Of a DNA stretch of 64,000 nucleotides, positions 9,969 to 20,539 are shown piece after piece. The notes under the pieces were generated by a model. It did no database searches, was not told the DNA's origin, and was given only the letters and a program-made list of their open reading frames with translations. A program made the translations under genes and the position numbers. Location of the stretch: NCBI GenBank assembly GCA_037142675.1, contig JBAXAF010000002.1, forward strand, positions 13,300-77,299. Direction: 5' to 3'. Origin of the DNA: Candidatus Berkelbacteria bacterium (GTDB lineage: Bacteria > Patescibacteriota > UBA1384 > XYA2-FULL-43-10 > CAINNR01). Position 1 is the first letter of the stretch; every line of letters starts with the position of its first letter.

Positions 9969-10721
9969 TCACTTTTCGCCGTCGACAAATTTTTTAATAC
10001 TTTCAATATTTGAAAAAAGATTTTGCGGGAAAACGATAGTAGAATTTTTTTCAACTGCAATCTCGGATAATACTTGCAGGTTACGCAACTGAAGTGCAAC
10101 AGGGTGCTTAGCAATGACATCTGCAGCTTTGCCTAGTTTATCAGCGGATAAATATTCACCTTCAGCAGCAATAATTTTTGCTCGTTTTTCTCGCTCGGCC
10201 TCGGCTTGTTTTGCCATTGCTCGTTGCATTGTGTCTGGAAGTTGAATATCTTTAATCTCAACTGTTCGAACAGCGACTCCCCAAGATTCAGTATGTGTGT
10301 CAATGATATCTTTAACTTTTTGATTAATTTTCACCGTTTCTGATAAAACTTCGTCGAGTGAGAATTGACCTACAATATTTCGAACGGTGGTTTGGGCAAT
10401 TTGGTTGACTGCCGAGTAAACGTTTTGAATTGCGACTAATGATTTGGTTGCATCAACTACTTGAAAATAAGCAACAGCAGCAACATCAATAGAAACGTTA
10501 TCTTTGGTGATAATTTTTTGGCTTGGTACCGGCATTGTAACAATTTGCATTGAAACCTTAACTAATCGGTCGATGATTGGGATAATTATTCGCCAGCCAG
10601 GATTTCGCTCGCCAATAACACGGCCCAAGCGAAAAACCACACCTTTTTCAAACTGCTGGACAACCCGCAAACCCAAAATTAACAAAATAAGAACAATAAT
10701 CCCAATAGTTTCATACGGCAT
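9969..10721 (-). CDS. SPFH/band 7 (stomatin-like) protein
   Basis: Motifs GVVFRLG, ITKDNVS and [14 protein letters not shown]-like. Confidence 0.95.
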   Translation of the reverse strand: MPYETIGIIVLILLILGLRVVQQFEKGVVFRLGRVIGERNPGWRIIIPIIDRLVKVSMQIVTMPVPSQKIITKDNVSIDVAAVAYFQVVDATKSLVAIQNVYSAVNQIAQTTVRNIVGQFSLDEVLSETVKINQKVKDIIDTHTESWGVAVRTVEIKDIQLPDTMQRAMAKQAEAEREKRAKIIAAEGEYLSADKLGKAADVIAKHPVALQLRNLQVLSEIAVEKNSTIVFPQNLFSNIESIKKFVDGEK

Positions 10722-10880
10722 AAGAGCTCCTTCTTATTTCTGTCATCCCGGACTTGTTTCGGGATCTCAACTTTTGGTTTCAAGATGCTGAAATAAATTC
10801 AGCATGACAAATATTAATTAATTTCTAATTCAGAAAATACTCTTAGTTTAGAAAATGTCAATGGCAGAAAGGAAAAAATA

Positions 10881-11732
10881 TCATTTACCGGGTTTTACAA
10901 CCTCAATTTTTTTCTCACTCAAATCTGGATAAGGTTTTGGTAAAACACCAACTCGATACTCTTTGCCAATATATCTTTTAACTCGTTTTTGCAAAATTAA
11001 TGCATCTGGATAATACCGCAACAACCCAATAGATTCAAACGTTTTTGAGTACGGTTCAAAAATTCTTTCCTCTTCCTTCCAGGAAAGATCATCCAGCGAA
11101 TACAGTAGCGTAAGAACAAGAAACAAGGCAATAGACAAAAAGAGAATGACACCAATTGAAACTGCCGCTCCAGAGTTAACTGCAGTCAAACAAACAAAAA
11201 TAACCAAGGAAAGAAAGGCGGAAACCAGCCATTCAAAAGCAGAAAGTCTGTCGTCAATTAAACCAATGGTGCTTTTTCTACAACTAAGGATTTTAGTTAA
11301 ACTTGTAATCATTGATCCAAACATTGCCTTGGCCTGATTGCTTTCCGGCTCATATTTGGTAATGGTCTGAAATAAATCATCATATTGCTTTTGGGTTAAG
11401 TAGTAATCCCAAATTTTATAATCTAGAGTTGCCATTAAATACTTATCGAGGCTATCTGTAACTTTTTCGGAAAAATCTTTATCAATCGCTTTGGCGGAAC
11501 TATAAATTGATATGAGCTGAGACCTTTCTTCTGAATCATTTTCGCGGATTTTGTCGATTCTCATTCTGCGATCTGAAATTGAAAAGCTAATAAATATGCC
11601 AAATAGAAAAGTAGATACTCCAAGTATTGTGGCAAAAAACGTACTGTATCGATGCAAATCTGCATTCAGAGCAAAGACAATTATGACGATTAGCGCCACA
11701 ATGTAAAACATTGCTTTCGAAAAATTACTCAT
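10881..11732 (-). CDS. Membrane protein (DUF4239/bestrophin-like topology)
   Basis: 2 TM + helical domain + 2 TM; family assignment tentative. Confidence 0.65.
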   Translation of the reverse strand: MSNFSKAMFYIVALIVIIVFALNADLHRYSTFFATILGVSTFLFGIFISFSISDRRMRIDKIRENDSEERSQLISIYSSAKAIDKDFSEKVTDSLDKYLMATLDYKIWDYYLTQKQYDDLFQTITKYEPESNQAKAMFGSMITSLTKILSCRKSTIGLIDDRLSAFEWLVSAFLSLVIFVCLTAVNSGAAVSIGVILFLSIALFLVLTLLYSLDDLSWKEEERIFEPYSKTFESIGLLRYYPDALILQKRVKRYIGKEYRVGVLPKPYPDLSEKKIEVVKPGK

Positions 11733-11744
11733 ATTCCTCCTTAA

Positions 11745-12311
11745 TTATTTAATATAATCGTGTCCGCCCTGATCAAAACTTATCCAATTCAATGCTTCCT
11801 TAGCGATATTCAATTCAACTTCGCTCAATGGACGAGAAAAATCAGACAATTCTTCTTCATTAATCATGCCAATGCCTCTGCCATCTTCTCTGGTATAAAT
11901 TGTAGAGTGGACTGGTTGAGTCGCAATATCGATTTTCAAAACATTTTGAAGTTCTTCAAAAAAGGTTTCAATACCCTCTGCTTCGCACATAATTACGATA
12001 GTTTTTTTATCAGCTTCTTGAACCAACTTAATATCGTCCTTAAATCGAACAAACCTAACTGGTTTTTTTTCTAGAATTTTTCCAGATTCCTTTAATATTT
12101 CGGATTCGGCCTGCTCGAGAGTTATCTTTTTATTTTTAGACAGTGCTTCAACATAATTTTTAACCCCCAAAATACTCATGTGAAATTTATCTTTGGCATA
12201 TAATTTTTCGCCATCGATGTCCAACTTTGGTGCAATATTTAATGATGGAATATATAAAATAATGTAGCCCATTTTAAAGTCATATGATTTTGGTAAAAAT
12301 TCACTGCTCAT
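11745..12311 (-). CDS. Putative 2H phosphoesterase-family protein
   Basis: Two HxS/T motifs (FHMSIL and VHSTIY). Confidence 0.55.
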   Translation of the reverse strand: MSSEFLPKSYDFKMGYIILYIPSLNIAPKLDIDGEKLYAKDKFHMSILGVKNYVEALSKNKKITLEQAESEILKESGKILEKKPVRFVRFKDDIKLVQEADKKTIVIMCEAEGIETFFEELQNVLKIDIATQPVHSTIYTREDGRGIGMINEEELSDFSRPLSEVELNIAKEALNWISFDQGGHDYIK

Positions 12312-12312
12312 T

Positions 12313-12894
12313 TTAGTTATTTGTTAAATTATATATTTGCTTTAAAACTTCTGGCAAATCCGTAATTCCATCTTCGGCAGCGATGTGGCCAGAATTTTTT
12401 AAAAGAATAATTTTTGCAACGAGTTTTTCTTCGAATATTGCAGCATCGGCAACTGGGACATACGGATCGTCTTCCGATTGAATGCAAACAACGTTTTTTG
12501 TATGATTTTTTATTTTCTCAAAATTAATTGGTGTTTCTAGCCAAGGCTTTGCAATTTCTTTAGTATATTCTTCGTCCCAAGTTTCGTCAGATAAGTGCAG
12601 CCAAGCGGCAACTAAAATAATTCCGCCAATTTTTGTATTTTCTGGAAGTTTTTCAACAAAACGCAAGATTGTTTGACAACCAATACTGTGCCCAACAAGG
12701 ATTGTATCTTCATCTATATTCCCAGCAGCATCTGCTAGCGCAGACACCCATGCATCAATTGTTGGGCGTAAAGTGTCTGGCATTGCCGGGACAATTACTT
12801 CTACGGAATTCGCTTCTAATTTTTCTTTCAGCCAGGGGAACCAATCACCAGAGGGATTTCCACCCCAACCATGAACAATAATTACTTTTTTCAT
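12313..12894 (-). CDS. RBBP9/YdeN-family alpha/beta hydrolase
   Basis: Motifs IVHGW, WFPWL, GHSIG, DDPYVP and GH. Confidence 0.92.
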   Translation of the reverse strand: MKKVIIVHGWGGNPSGDWFPWLKEKLEANSVEVIVPAMPDTLRPTIDAWVSALADAAGNIDEDTILVGHSIGCQTILRFVEKLPENTKIGGIILVAAWLHLSDETWDEEYTKEIAKPWLETPINFEKIKNHTKNVVCIQSEDDPYVPVADAAIFEEKLVAKIILLKNSGHIAAEDGITDLPEVLKQIYNLTNN

Positions 12895-12958
12895 AATTAA
12901 ATTATATCACACCGCCAGACTTGAAATATTGTCTCTAATGAGTTATAATTTACTCATT

Positions 12959-13100
12959 GCGGGGTTCCACCTTCGGCGGATAAACTCCGTTCAGTTTCGT
13001 CCAAAGGATGATCAGCCTATGGCGGAGGTTAGAACGGTCGCCTCGGCGATAGGTCACAAAATGTATTATGTCTATGTATTAAATTGCTTGAAAAAAATCA
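12959..13100 (+). pseudogene. tRNA 5'-half remnant interrupted by palindromes, followed by a GIY-YIG-like ORF stub
   Basis: GCGGGGTT..CGTTCAGTT..GGTTAGAACGG split by CCACCTTCGGCGGA-type inserts; then ATGTATTATGTCTATGTATTA (MYYVYVL). Confidence 0.45.
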
Positions 13101-13109
13101 ACTGGTTAT

Positions 13110-13186
13110 GGGGTCGTAGTTCAGTTGGTTAGAACGCCACACTGTCACTGTGGAGGTCGCCGGTTCGAGTCCGGTCGATCCCGCCA
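13110..13186 (+). tRNA. tRNA-Asp(GTC)
   Basis: GGGGTCG...CGATCCC-GCCA; anticodon loop CTGTCAC. Confidence 0.95.
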
Positions 13187-13363
13187 GTTGATTTTTTTCA
13201 AAAGATATTGTCCGGTCGATCACGCCAGATAAAAAGATGTCACTGAAAAGTGATATTTTTTTATCTGTAGAATTTTTGACCGGACGAGAACCGAGGATGG
13301 GATCACTGTGATAAAAAAATAAGCCCGCCTGAAATGGCGGACTTTCTGACCTGTTTGTGCGAA

Positions 13364-13837
13364 CTATACACACCCAATTGGCGGCTGATTCATCGCCACC
13401 CATTCGTCGTAGCACCGAGCCAGTTCTTCTTCTGGACCCAGATCAATTAGCCCTTCCCTTACCAAGTCCTCGTGGGTTATTCTGTCATCACGGATCCAAT
13501 CACCGGTGCTTTGACCTTCGTCTTCTTCGCAACACCGGGCGCTGAACCAGATGTATGCACCGCGGCCCTCCATTAGCTCGGACACATTCCCCATCAACCA
13601 TTCGGCTGCTTCCGGTTGCGATTGCACCAAAATGTTGATTGCCAGCCCTGAATTCACCCAGTAACCGATAAGGCGGGAAGGAGTGGGACGACCGTCTGGT
13701 GCGATGAACGCAAATTCACTAACTTCGGCAACACTTGGTCCGAAAGCCGGCAGTCTCAGCCCAACCCAGGCTTGTCTAATCCAGAGAAGATCATCAGGCC
13801 CAGGCGAGGATTCTTTTACTCTAATAAAGGTCAGCAT
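13364..13837 (-). CDS. GC-rich orphan hypothetical protein
   Basis: 157 aa ORF; AAGGTGG RBS. Confidence 0.55.
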   Translation of the reverse strand: MLTFIRVKESSPGPDDLLWIRQAWVGLRLPAFGPSVAEVSEFAFIAPDGRPTPSRLIGYWVNSGLAINILVQSQPEAAEWLMGNVSELMEGRGAYIWFSARCCEEDEGQSTGDWIRDDRITHEDLVREGLIDLGPEEELARCYDEWVAMNQPPIGCV

Positions 13838-14035
13838 TTTGCCACCTTCGTGTCGTTGTTGTCTAACTAATATATATCAAATAAATATAATCAACGCTAT
13901 CTGGATGTAGTTCTAGTATTATCCGCTGTTTCCCGCCATTAATAATTAGCTCTTTGAGCTAATTTTTTGTTGACTAAGTCACTATTTTTTGATATAAAAT
14001 TATTACTGCAACACCGATAACACGGAGGAAACCCC

Positions 14036-14701
14036 ATGAGGACGTTTGTGCAGCCGTTGCCAGACGATGTTGACTACGCGATCAAGCTGTCGATGTACGT
14101 TGGCCGTTACTGTATTCCGACAAGTCTGGGACACCTGGACGAGGAGGACTACAGAATGCACCACCTGCCAGTTCTGGAGTACGACTGCATCGGCAGCGAC
14201 AGGCCTACGGAGGCCGAGCTGGTCATTCTCTCTGATGTAACGACCTGGAGGCGCTTGCTCGAGAAGGTTTGTCCCGAGCATAGCAACGCCCGGGCGAACA
14301 CCCATTACATCTGCCTGTCCCGCTTCAGAACCCTGGTCTTGCGCAAGTTCCGTAGCAGGTGGACTTGCCGTCGGTCGCTCCTCGAACCCACTGTCGAAGC
14401 ACCGACACTCGATGAGCTGATCGACATGATCTGCAAATACCCCGACTTGCTTGTCGGGAGCAACTTCTTCGAGGTTCACATCGAGGATGCCCCTCCGGCA
14501 GCGCAGGTCGAGGAGAAGTGGTGCTGCGGGTCTAAGGACTGCCAGCATTTCGAGCTCTGCACCGAATGTGTCGGCGAAGTGCCGACCGACAAGCTGATGT
14601 GCGCCAATTGTGGCGCAGTCTACGCCCCCGACGGTCAGGGTGGCTGCGTTGCCGCCATCCCGACTACGGGCGGCCAGTGTTGCCTCAAGGCCACCCGGTA
14701 G
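14036..14701 (+). CDS. GC-rich Cys-rich (zinc-finger-like) orphan protein
   Basis: GGAGG RBS; TTGACT-17-TATAAA promoter at 13970-13998; several CxxC pairs near the C-terminus. Confidence 0.65.
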   Translation: MRTFVQPLPDDVDYAIKLSMYVGRYCIPTSLGHLDEEDYRMHHLPVLEYDCIGSDRPTEAELVILSDVTTWRRLLEKVCPEHSNARANTHYICLSRFRTLVLRKFRSRWTCRRSLLEPTVEAPTLDELIDMICKYPDLLVGSNFFEVHIEDAPPAAQVEEKWCCGSKDCQHFELCTECVGEVPTDKLMCANCGAVYAPDGQGGCVAAIPTTGGQCCLKATR

Positions 14702-14852
14702 ACTGGTCCCCGCCAATTCGCCAGCTCAAGACGTACGCTTGACCCACCCCGGTCAAGCGTTTTTTATTAAAAAAATCCCCTCGTCTTGCACTCCGCAAGG
14801 CGAGGGGTCTGTTCTGTGCTGCTTTCCACTCCGGCTCGCAGCGGGTTTCCAG

Positions 14853-15080
14853 CTATTTCTTGCGACCGACAGTCACTGATTCTTCGACAGCAGTGTCAAG
14901 CCGCCACTCCTTTGGCAGCGTAACAGTTACGCAAGTCGCTCCCCCCGGACTTGATATGACCATCAGCGATTCGAACCACCTCTGCCCCATCGCGTCGAGC
15001 CGCCGCCGCACATAGCTGGCTATGGAGCAACAGAAACCGTACGTAATTCGGATCGCTAACCATAATTGCGGTTCTCCCAT
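14853..15080 (-). CDS. Small GC-rich orphan ORF
   Basis: 75 aa, followed by a hairpin/T-tract at about 14770-14810. Confidence 0.35.
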   Translation of the reverse strand: MGEPQLWLAIRITYGFCCSIASYVRRRLDAMGQRWFESLMVISSPGGATCVTVTLPKEWRLDTAVEESVTVGRKK

Positions 15081-15305
15081 TCTGTATTCCAGCTGGCTTA
15101 GAAAAATCAGCTAGAAGCAGAACAAAAAAACTGGCCTTTAGCCAGAACTTTTTACAATACTATTTTTTTATTAATTCACGAAAAATTCTGGCTTAGGTCA
15201 GTTCCTTAAAAAACCAATAATTTTGCGCAACTTGTTTCATTGATTTGATATTAACAAATAGTTTCTGGGCTGTCAAATTCAGCCATTTTCTGCTAATATT
15301 GCTGC

Positions 15306-16217
15306 ATGGAATTCAAACATCAGCCGGTGCTGCTCCAAGAAGTTTTGGAATATCTGCCATTCAAAAATGGTGGTATTTTTGTTGATGGAACTTTGGGTGG
15401 AGGCGGACATACTCGAGCTCTGCTCGAGAAGTTGCAAGTTGCAAGTAACAAGTTGCAAGTAATTGGAATTGATCAAGACCTAGAGGCGATTTTTGCCGCT
15501 AAAAAAAATCTAAAAGAATTTTCTGACCAGGTTGAATTTGTCCACGATAATTATTTAAATCTAGCGGAAATTCTAAAATCAAAAGGAATTGAGAAAGTTG
15601 ACGGAATTCTTTTGGATCTTGGAGTTTCTAGCTATCAACTGGACAACAAAGATCGCGGCTTTTCTTTTCTGACTGACGCGTCGCTAGACATGCGAATGAA
15701 TCAATCAGATACGGAATCAGCCGCAGATATTATTAATAACTACAGCGAGGAAGATTTGGCCGGGATTTTCTATGATTGGGGAGAAGAACGCAATAGTCGA
15801 AAAATTGCTAAAAATATTGCCGAGGCTCGCAAGACCGAGAAAATTGAAACAACCAATCAACTGTCAAAAATTGTTGAACAATCATTTCCAGCCAGTTATA
15901 AAAATAAGTATAAAATCCACCCAGCCACACGAGTTTTTCAAGCACTCCGAATTGAAACTAATAATGAGTTAAATATTCTCAAAGAATTTATACCACAAGC
16001 AGCTGAGCTTTTGGCTGACGGTGGTCGGCTATTGATCATTTCTTTTCATTCGTTAGAGGATGGAATCGCCAAACATGCATTTCGCGAATTAGAACAAAAA
16101 TTTCCCAAAAAATTCAAAGTCTTAACAAAAAAACCACTGACTGCGACAGAAAATGAGATTCGAGAAAATCTTCGCTCCCGCAGCGCCAAGTTAAGAGTAC
16201 TTGAGAAATTGAATTAA
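15306..16217 (+). CDS. rsmH: 16S rRNA m4C1402 methyltransferase
   Basis: Motifs HQPVLL, DGTLGGGGH, DLGVSS.QLD, HPATRVFQALRI and RSRSAKLR. Confidence 0.97.
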   Translation: MEFKHQPVLLQEVLEYLPFKNGGIFVDGTLGGGGHTRALLEKLQVASNKLQVIGIDQDLEAIFAAKKNLKEFSDQVEFVHDNYLNLAEILKSKGIEKVDGILLDLGVSSYQLDNKDRGFSFLTDASLDMRMNQSDTESAADIINNYSEEDLAGIFYDWGEERNSRKIAKNIAEARKTEKIETTNQLSKIVEQSFPASYKNKYKIHPATRVFQALRIETNNELNILKEFIPQAAELLADGGRLLIISFHSLEDGIAKHAFRELEQKFPKKFKVLTKKPLTATENEIRENLRSRSAKLRVLEKLN

Positions 16218-16284
16218 GAATAATGAAGCAGGAATTATGGATTCCAAACCCATTATTCACAATTCTTACTTCATAATTCCAACC

Positions 16285-16905
16285 CTAGTTCCACCAATGA
16301 TGTTTTTTGGACTCGGACTCGCGGAGTTTTTCCCAAAGCTCGCGCTGCTCTTTGGTAATGTGCCGTGGCAATTCTATCCGCACTGTCAAAATTAGGTCGC
16401 CACGTCCACCCTTATGAGATTTGCCCTTTCCAGGAAATCTAAATGATTGACCGTCTTGAACTCCGGCAGGTATGTCAAAATTAATTTTTTCATCACCAAT
16501 TGTTGCTTCTAATTTGTCCCCGAGAACAGCTTGAGCCGGGGTAATTCGAATTTCGGCTTGAACTTGAGAGAATGCTTGGCCAAAAAAATTCTCGAAAATA
16601 TCACCAAAACCGCCAAAGTCGAATTCCATTCCTTCAAAGCCACCGCCTTGAAAACCACCAAAACCACCCTGTTGACCACCGGCCGCTGAAAAATCTGTTC
16701 GGCCGAATTGATCGTACTGCGAACGTTTTTGCGGGTCGGACAGAACCTGGTAAGCCTCACTGACCTCATTGAATTTTTTGTGATCGGATTCTGTGCCGCC
16801 GCGATCTGGATGGTACTGCAAAGCTAGCTTTCGGTAAGCTTTTTTAATTTCTTCTATTGTGGCGCCTTTCTCGACGCCGAGTGTTTTATAATAATCGTTT
16901 GCCAT
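16285..16905 (-). CDS. DnaJ-class J-domain protein lacking the Zn finger (CbpA-like)
   Basis: HPD J-domain, G/F-rich region, short C-terminal domain. Confidence 0.9.
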   Translation of the reverse strand: MANDYYKTLGVEKGATIEEIKKAYRKLALQYHPDRGGTESDHKKFNEVSEAYQVLSDPQKRSQYDQFGRTDFSAAGGQQGGFGGFQGGGFEGMEFDFGGFGDIFENFFGQAFSQVQAEIRITPAQAVLGDKLEATIGDEKINFDIPAGVQDGQSFRFPGKGKSHKGGRGDLILTVRIELPRHITKEQRELWEKLRESESKKHHWWN

Positions 16906-17043
16906 AATAAAAAAAGAAATCGGTCCGAAGGCTAAGAAACCAGTTTGGAAATAAAGTTAGAGGTAGAAATTTGACATAGGTCTAACTTCCAGCCTCCACT
17001 TTTTACTACCAAACTGGCATCCTAACACAAAACCAAACTTCTA

Positions 17044-17724
17044 CTAATTTGAACTGTCGGTTACCAACGCGCCCGTAGAGGCGTCAACTTTGAATTGTTT
17101 TTGATTGGCGGACGCATCATATTCGACAAACCAGTATAGCCAGTTATTTGGATCGGCATTTTTCAAAATCAATTTAGCGGCAGTTAATGTACCAGCTTCG
17201 CGAAAAATCTTGCCTTCGCCTTTTTCGGCTGACTGAAGCGCTGCGACATAATTCTTTTTCAAATTGCTACGATTTATGGCAGTCACGCCTGTCATATAGT
17301 CTGCCTTCGACGTCCACGACCGAACAAATTTGCTGTCAGCGTTTGAAATCCCAATTACCCAATTATTATTTTTATCGCCGGTTGTGGTGTAGATAAAGTA
17401 GCTGATGCCAGAACCACGTTCCAGTGACCCCGGAAGGTCAACTTCTATTGCTGAAAGCACCAGTTTTTTGTCAACTTCGGCAGCTTTGGTGTCGGCTAAA
17501 GTCAATTGAGCATTTATAGCATCATTCACTACTGCCGAATCAATGTTTGTCAGATTGCTAATATCAGCCGTTGTGTCCGTGGTAGTTGTAGTCGCTGCAG
17601 TGGAAGTGGTGGTGGTTGCTGCTGTTTGACTTTTGCGATTCGAAACATAAGCCCAAATCCCAGCGACGATTAGCGCTGCTGCCATAATAATCAGAAAGAT
17701 TGGTTTTCGAAAAAAATCAAACAC
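17044..17724 (-). CDS. Membrane-anchored hypothetical protein
   Basis: N-terminal TM, Thr-rich linker, PepSY-like VDASTG end. Confidence 0.75.
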   Translation of the reverse strand: MFDFFRKPIFLIIMAAALIVAGIWAYVSNRKSQTAATTTTSTAATTTTTDTTADISNLTNIDSAVVNDAINAQLTLADTKAAEVDKKLVLSAIEVDLPGSLERGSGISYFIYTTTGDKNNNWVIGISNADSKFVRSWTSKADYMTGVTAINRSNLKKNYVAALQSAEKGEGKIFREAGTLTAAKLILKNADPNNWLYWFVEYDASANQKQFKVDASTGALVTDSSN

Positions 17725-17869
17725 TTTACCGCCTCCTTTGATACAATTCTATCAACAATTTTTTAAAGGTGCAATATGGATCAAATTGATCTAATTACTA
17801 ATTAACCTAATTGTTCTAAATTTTGGATATTAGAATTTTGGTAATTTTTTAGAAATTAGATATTAGAAA

Positions 17870-19771
17870 TTAGGATTTACCAGGCTCTTCTGTTTTTTTA
17901 GCATCTGGTTCTTCGGTACTCTCAGACTCCGTATCACTGCTAGTCCCTGATGGCTGTTCAGCCTGGCCGGCTTGTTGGTACATTGACGCGCCAAGCTCCT
18001 GCAAAGATGTTGACAACGCTTCGGTGGCATTTTTAATCACTTCAGAATTTTCCTCGGCCATAACATCACGCACCGCCTTAACTTTTTCTTCGACTTCGGT
18101 TTTCTTATTTGAGTCAACTTTGTCACCAGCGTCCTTCAGGGTTTTTTCAGCGGTATATACTAAGTTTTCAGCTTGGTTTTTAGCCTCAATCAACTCTTTC
18201 TTTTTCTTGTCTTCATCGGCGTGGACCTCAGCATCTTTTTTCATCTTTTCAATTTCCTCATCTGACAGGCCAGACGATGCCGTGATAGTAATTTTCTGTT
18301 CTTTGCCAGTGGCTTTGTCTTTGGCTGAAACATTCACAATGCCGTTGGCATCAATGTCAAAGGAGACCTCAACTTGTGGAACGCCGCGAGGTGAAGGTGG
18401 GATACCATCAAGAATGAAACGACCCAAGGTTTTATTATCATTGGCCATTTCTCTCTCGCCTTGTAGAACATGGATGTCAACCTGGGTTTGATTGTCAGCC
18501 GCAGTCGAGAAGACTTGTGATTTTGACGTTGGGATAGTGGTGTTGCGTTCAATAAGTTTGGTATTAACGCCACCCAAGGTCTCAATTCCGAGGGAAAGCG
18601 GAGTGACATCCAAAAGCAAAAGATCTTTAACTTCGCCGCCAAGAACCCCACCTTGAATTGCAGCACCAATAGCAACAGCTTCGTCCGGATTAACTGAGTG
18701 GTTTGGCTCCTTGCCGAAGAATTTTTTTACGGCCTCAAGAACTGCCGGCATTCTGGTTTGCCCACCAACTAATACAATTTCGTCAATGTCTTTGGCTTCG
18801 AGTTTAGCATCATTCAAAACTTTTTCACATGGTTTTAGAGATTTTTCAATCAAGCCGGATACTAACTGTTCAAGCTTAGCCCGAGAAAGATTGATGGCCA
18901 AATGTTTCGGGCCAGAAGCGTCAGCAGTCACAAACGGCAAGTTAATTTCAGTTTCATTTGAACTAGAGAGTTCAATTTTTGCTTTTTCGGCTGCTTCCTT
19001 TACTCGCTGAATGGCCGCTTTGTCATTATGTAAATCGACTCCCTGATCTTTTTTGAATTCATCGATAATATAATCCATAATTATTTGGTCGAAGTCATCA
19101 CCGCCTAAGTGAGTGTCACCATTTGTAGCTTTTACCTCAAAGACACCATCACCAAGTTCCAAAATTGTAATATCAAAAGTTCCACCGCCCAAATCGTAGA
19201 CGGCAATTTTTTCGCTCTTATTTTTATCAAGTCCGTAGGCCAGCGCAGCAGCGGTTGGTTCATTAATTATACGTTTAACTTCAAGACCTGCGATTTTCCC
19301 AGCGTCGGTAGTTGCTTGACGCTGAGAATCACTGAAGTATGCCGGGACAGTAATAACCGCTTCGGTAACTTTTTCTCCAAGATATGTTTCAGCATCAGTT
19401 TTCAATTTTTGTAAGGTAAATGCTGAAATTTCTTGCGGCGAATATTCTTTACCGTTCATCACAACCCGAATAGAACCGTCAGCAGCTTTTTTTGTGCTGT
19501 ATGGCATCTTTTTAATATCGTCTTGAGTTTCCTTATCCTCAAATTTTCGGCCAATGAAACGCTTAACAGAAAAAATAGTATTCTCTGAATTAGTAACGGC
19601 TTGACGTTTAGCCAGCTGGCCGACTAGTCTTTCCCCTTTTTTGTTTTCCGCAACAACAGATGGACAAGTTCTGCCACCTTCTGAGGTTGAAATAATTTTT
19701 GCCTCGCCACCTTCCATTACAGCAACGGCTGAGTTTGTGGTGCCAAGGTCAATTCCGATAATTTTTCCCAT
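17870..19771 (-). CDS. dnaK: Chaperone DnaK
   Basis: Motifs [23 protein letters not shown] and GIETLGG. Confidence 0.99.
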   Translation of the reverse strand: MGKIIGIDLGTTNSAVAVMEGGEAKIISTSEGGRTCPSVVAENKKGERLVGQLAKRQAVTNSENTIFSVKRFIGRKFEDKETQDDIKKMPYSTKKAADGSIRVVMNGKEYSPQEISAFTLQKLKTDAETYLGEKVTEAVITVPAYFSDSQRQATTDAGKIAGLEVKRIINEPTAAALAYGLDKNKSEKIAVYDLGGGTFDITILELGDGVFEVKATNGDTHLGGDDFDQIIMDYIIDEFKKDQGVDLHNDKAAIQRVKEAAEKAKIELSSSNETEINLPFVTADASGPKHLAINLSRAKLEQLVSGLIEKSLKPCEKVLNDAKLEAKDIDEIVLVGGQTRMPAVLEAVKKFFGKEPNHSVNPDEAVAIGAAIQGGVLGGEVKDLLLLDVTPLSLGIETLGGVNTKLIERNTTIPTSKSQVFSTAADNQTQVDIHVLQGEREMANDNKTLGRFILDGIPPSPRGVPQVEVSFDIDANGIVNVSAKDKATGKEQKITITASSGLSDEEIEKMKKDAEVHADEDKKKKELIEAKNQAENLVYTAEKTLKDAGDKVDSNKKTEVEEKVKAVRDVMAEENSEVIKNATEALSTSLQELGASMYQQAGQAEQPSGTSSDTESESTEEPDAKKTEEPGKS

Positions 19772-19903
19772 GCTATCTCCTTATTTAGTTTTTCTTTCTA
19801 ATAGATCGGAGCCAGATTTCATCGCGGAACCCCAGTACCAGAACAAGTTCGGTGCGGGGCAGGTTGTGGTGACCCAGCGATGATTATTTCCAGCTCCTGT
19901 ATA

Positions 19904-19933
19904 TAATGTAAAGTTTCCTTTACATTTTGTCAA
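19904..19933 (-). promoter_or_regulatory. dnaK promoter overlapped by a palindromic operator
   Basis: TTGACA-17-TACATT; inverted repeat AATGTAAAG-tttc-CTTTACATT at 19905-19926. Confidence 0.6.
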
Positions 19934-20005
19934 TACCTTTTAGGCCAAAACGCGACCAAAAAATAAATTACATATAATAGTAAATGATAATTTCTCTTTT
20001 GCAGT

Positions 20006-20042
20006 AAAAAAGATCGGGCAATGTCAACAACGACATCGCCCG
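20006..20042 (-). terminator. Intrinsic terminator of the orphan ncRNA
   Basis: CGGGCGATGTC-loop-GACATTGCCCG followed by a T-tract. Confidence 0.7.
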
Positions 20043-20049
20043 TTACACT

Positions 20050-20194
20050 GATTCGGAGCCAGTCCATTCCCAGATATTGGCGTTTCGGGCGCGCAGAGGA
20101 TCACCCAGCTCTAATCCGACCTCAAATCGTGCGCGTCTGGAGGGTTACTGCTGGTAGCACCTTTTGGTCATGCCAAATCGGCAACCTCCGAATC
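20050..20194 (-). ncRNA. Unidentified structured ncRNA candidate (about 145 nt)
   Basis: Ends pair (GATTCGGAG/CTCCGAATC); internal hairpins; TTGTCT-17-TATAAA promoter just upstream; terminator downstream. Confidence 0.55.
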
Positions 20195-20258
20195 TAAGGT
20201 ATTTATATCAAGAAAGAAAAAAGCAGACAACCGGGGCTGTCTGCCGAACGAAAAGTGC

Positions 20259-20335
20259 TGGTGCACGGGGCCAGATTCGAACTGGCGACATCTTCCTTGA
20301 GAAGGAAACGCTCTAACCAGCTGAGCTACCCATGC
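20259..20335 (-). tRNA. tRNA with CTC (Glu) anticodon and an atypical body
   Basis: GCATGGG...CCCGTGC-ACCA; anticodon loop TTCTCAA; TTCGAAT T-loop; terminator at about 20215-20244. Confidence 0.85.
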
Positions 20336-20539
20336 ACCGCGGACGATCAAGTTGCCAGGTGATCGCCCAGGCCTGTCGCTGGCTCAGGGGTGTGACCAGC
20401 AGAAGAATCTGGCGGGACGCTGAGCGCCCCAATTGCCAAGCAAAGCTTGGCGGACTGGATGCACTTCCCTTCGAACACCTTTTAGCCTGGCTTGACCAAT
20501 TAAGGCAGGCTTTCGAAGAGAACGACAGTCCTGATTGCT

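Noticed and set aside
14003-14716. 237-aa minus-strand ORF
   Set aside because: Antisense shadow of 14036-14701, which has the promoter and RBS
19780-19940. CIRCE element upstream of dnaK
   Set aside because: The palindrome present is AATGTAAAG/CTTTACATT, not TTAGCACTC-N9-GAGTGCTAA
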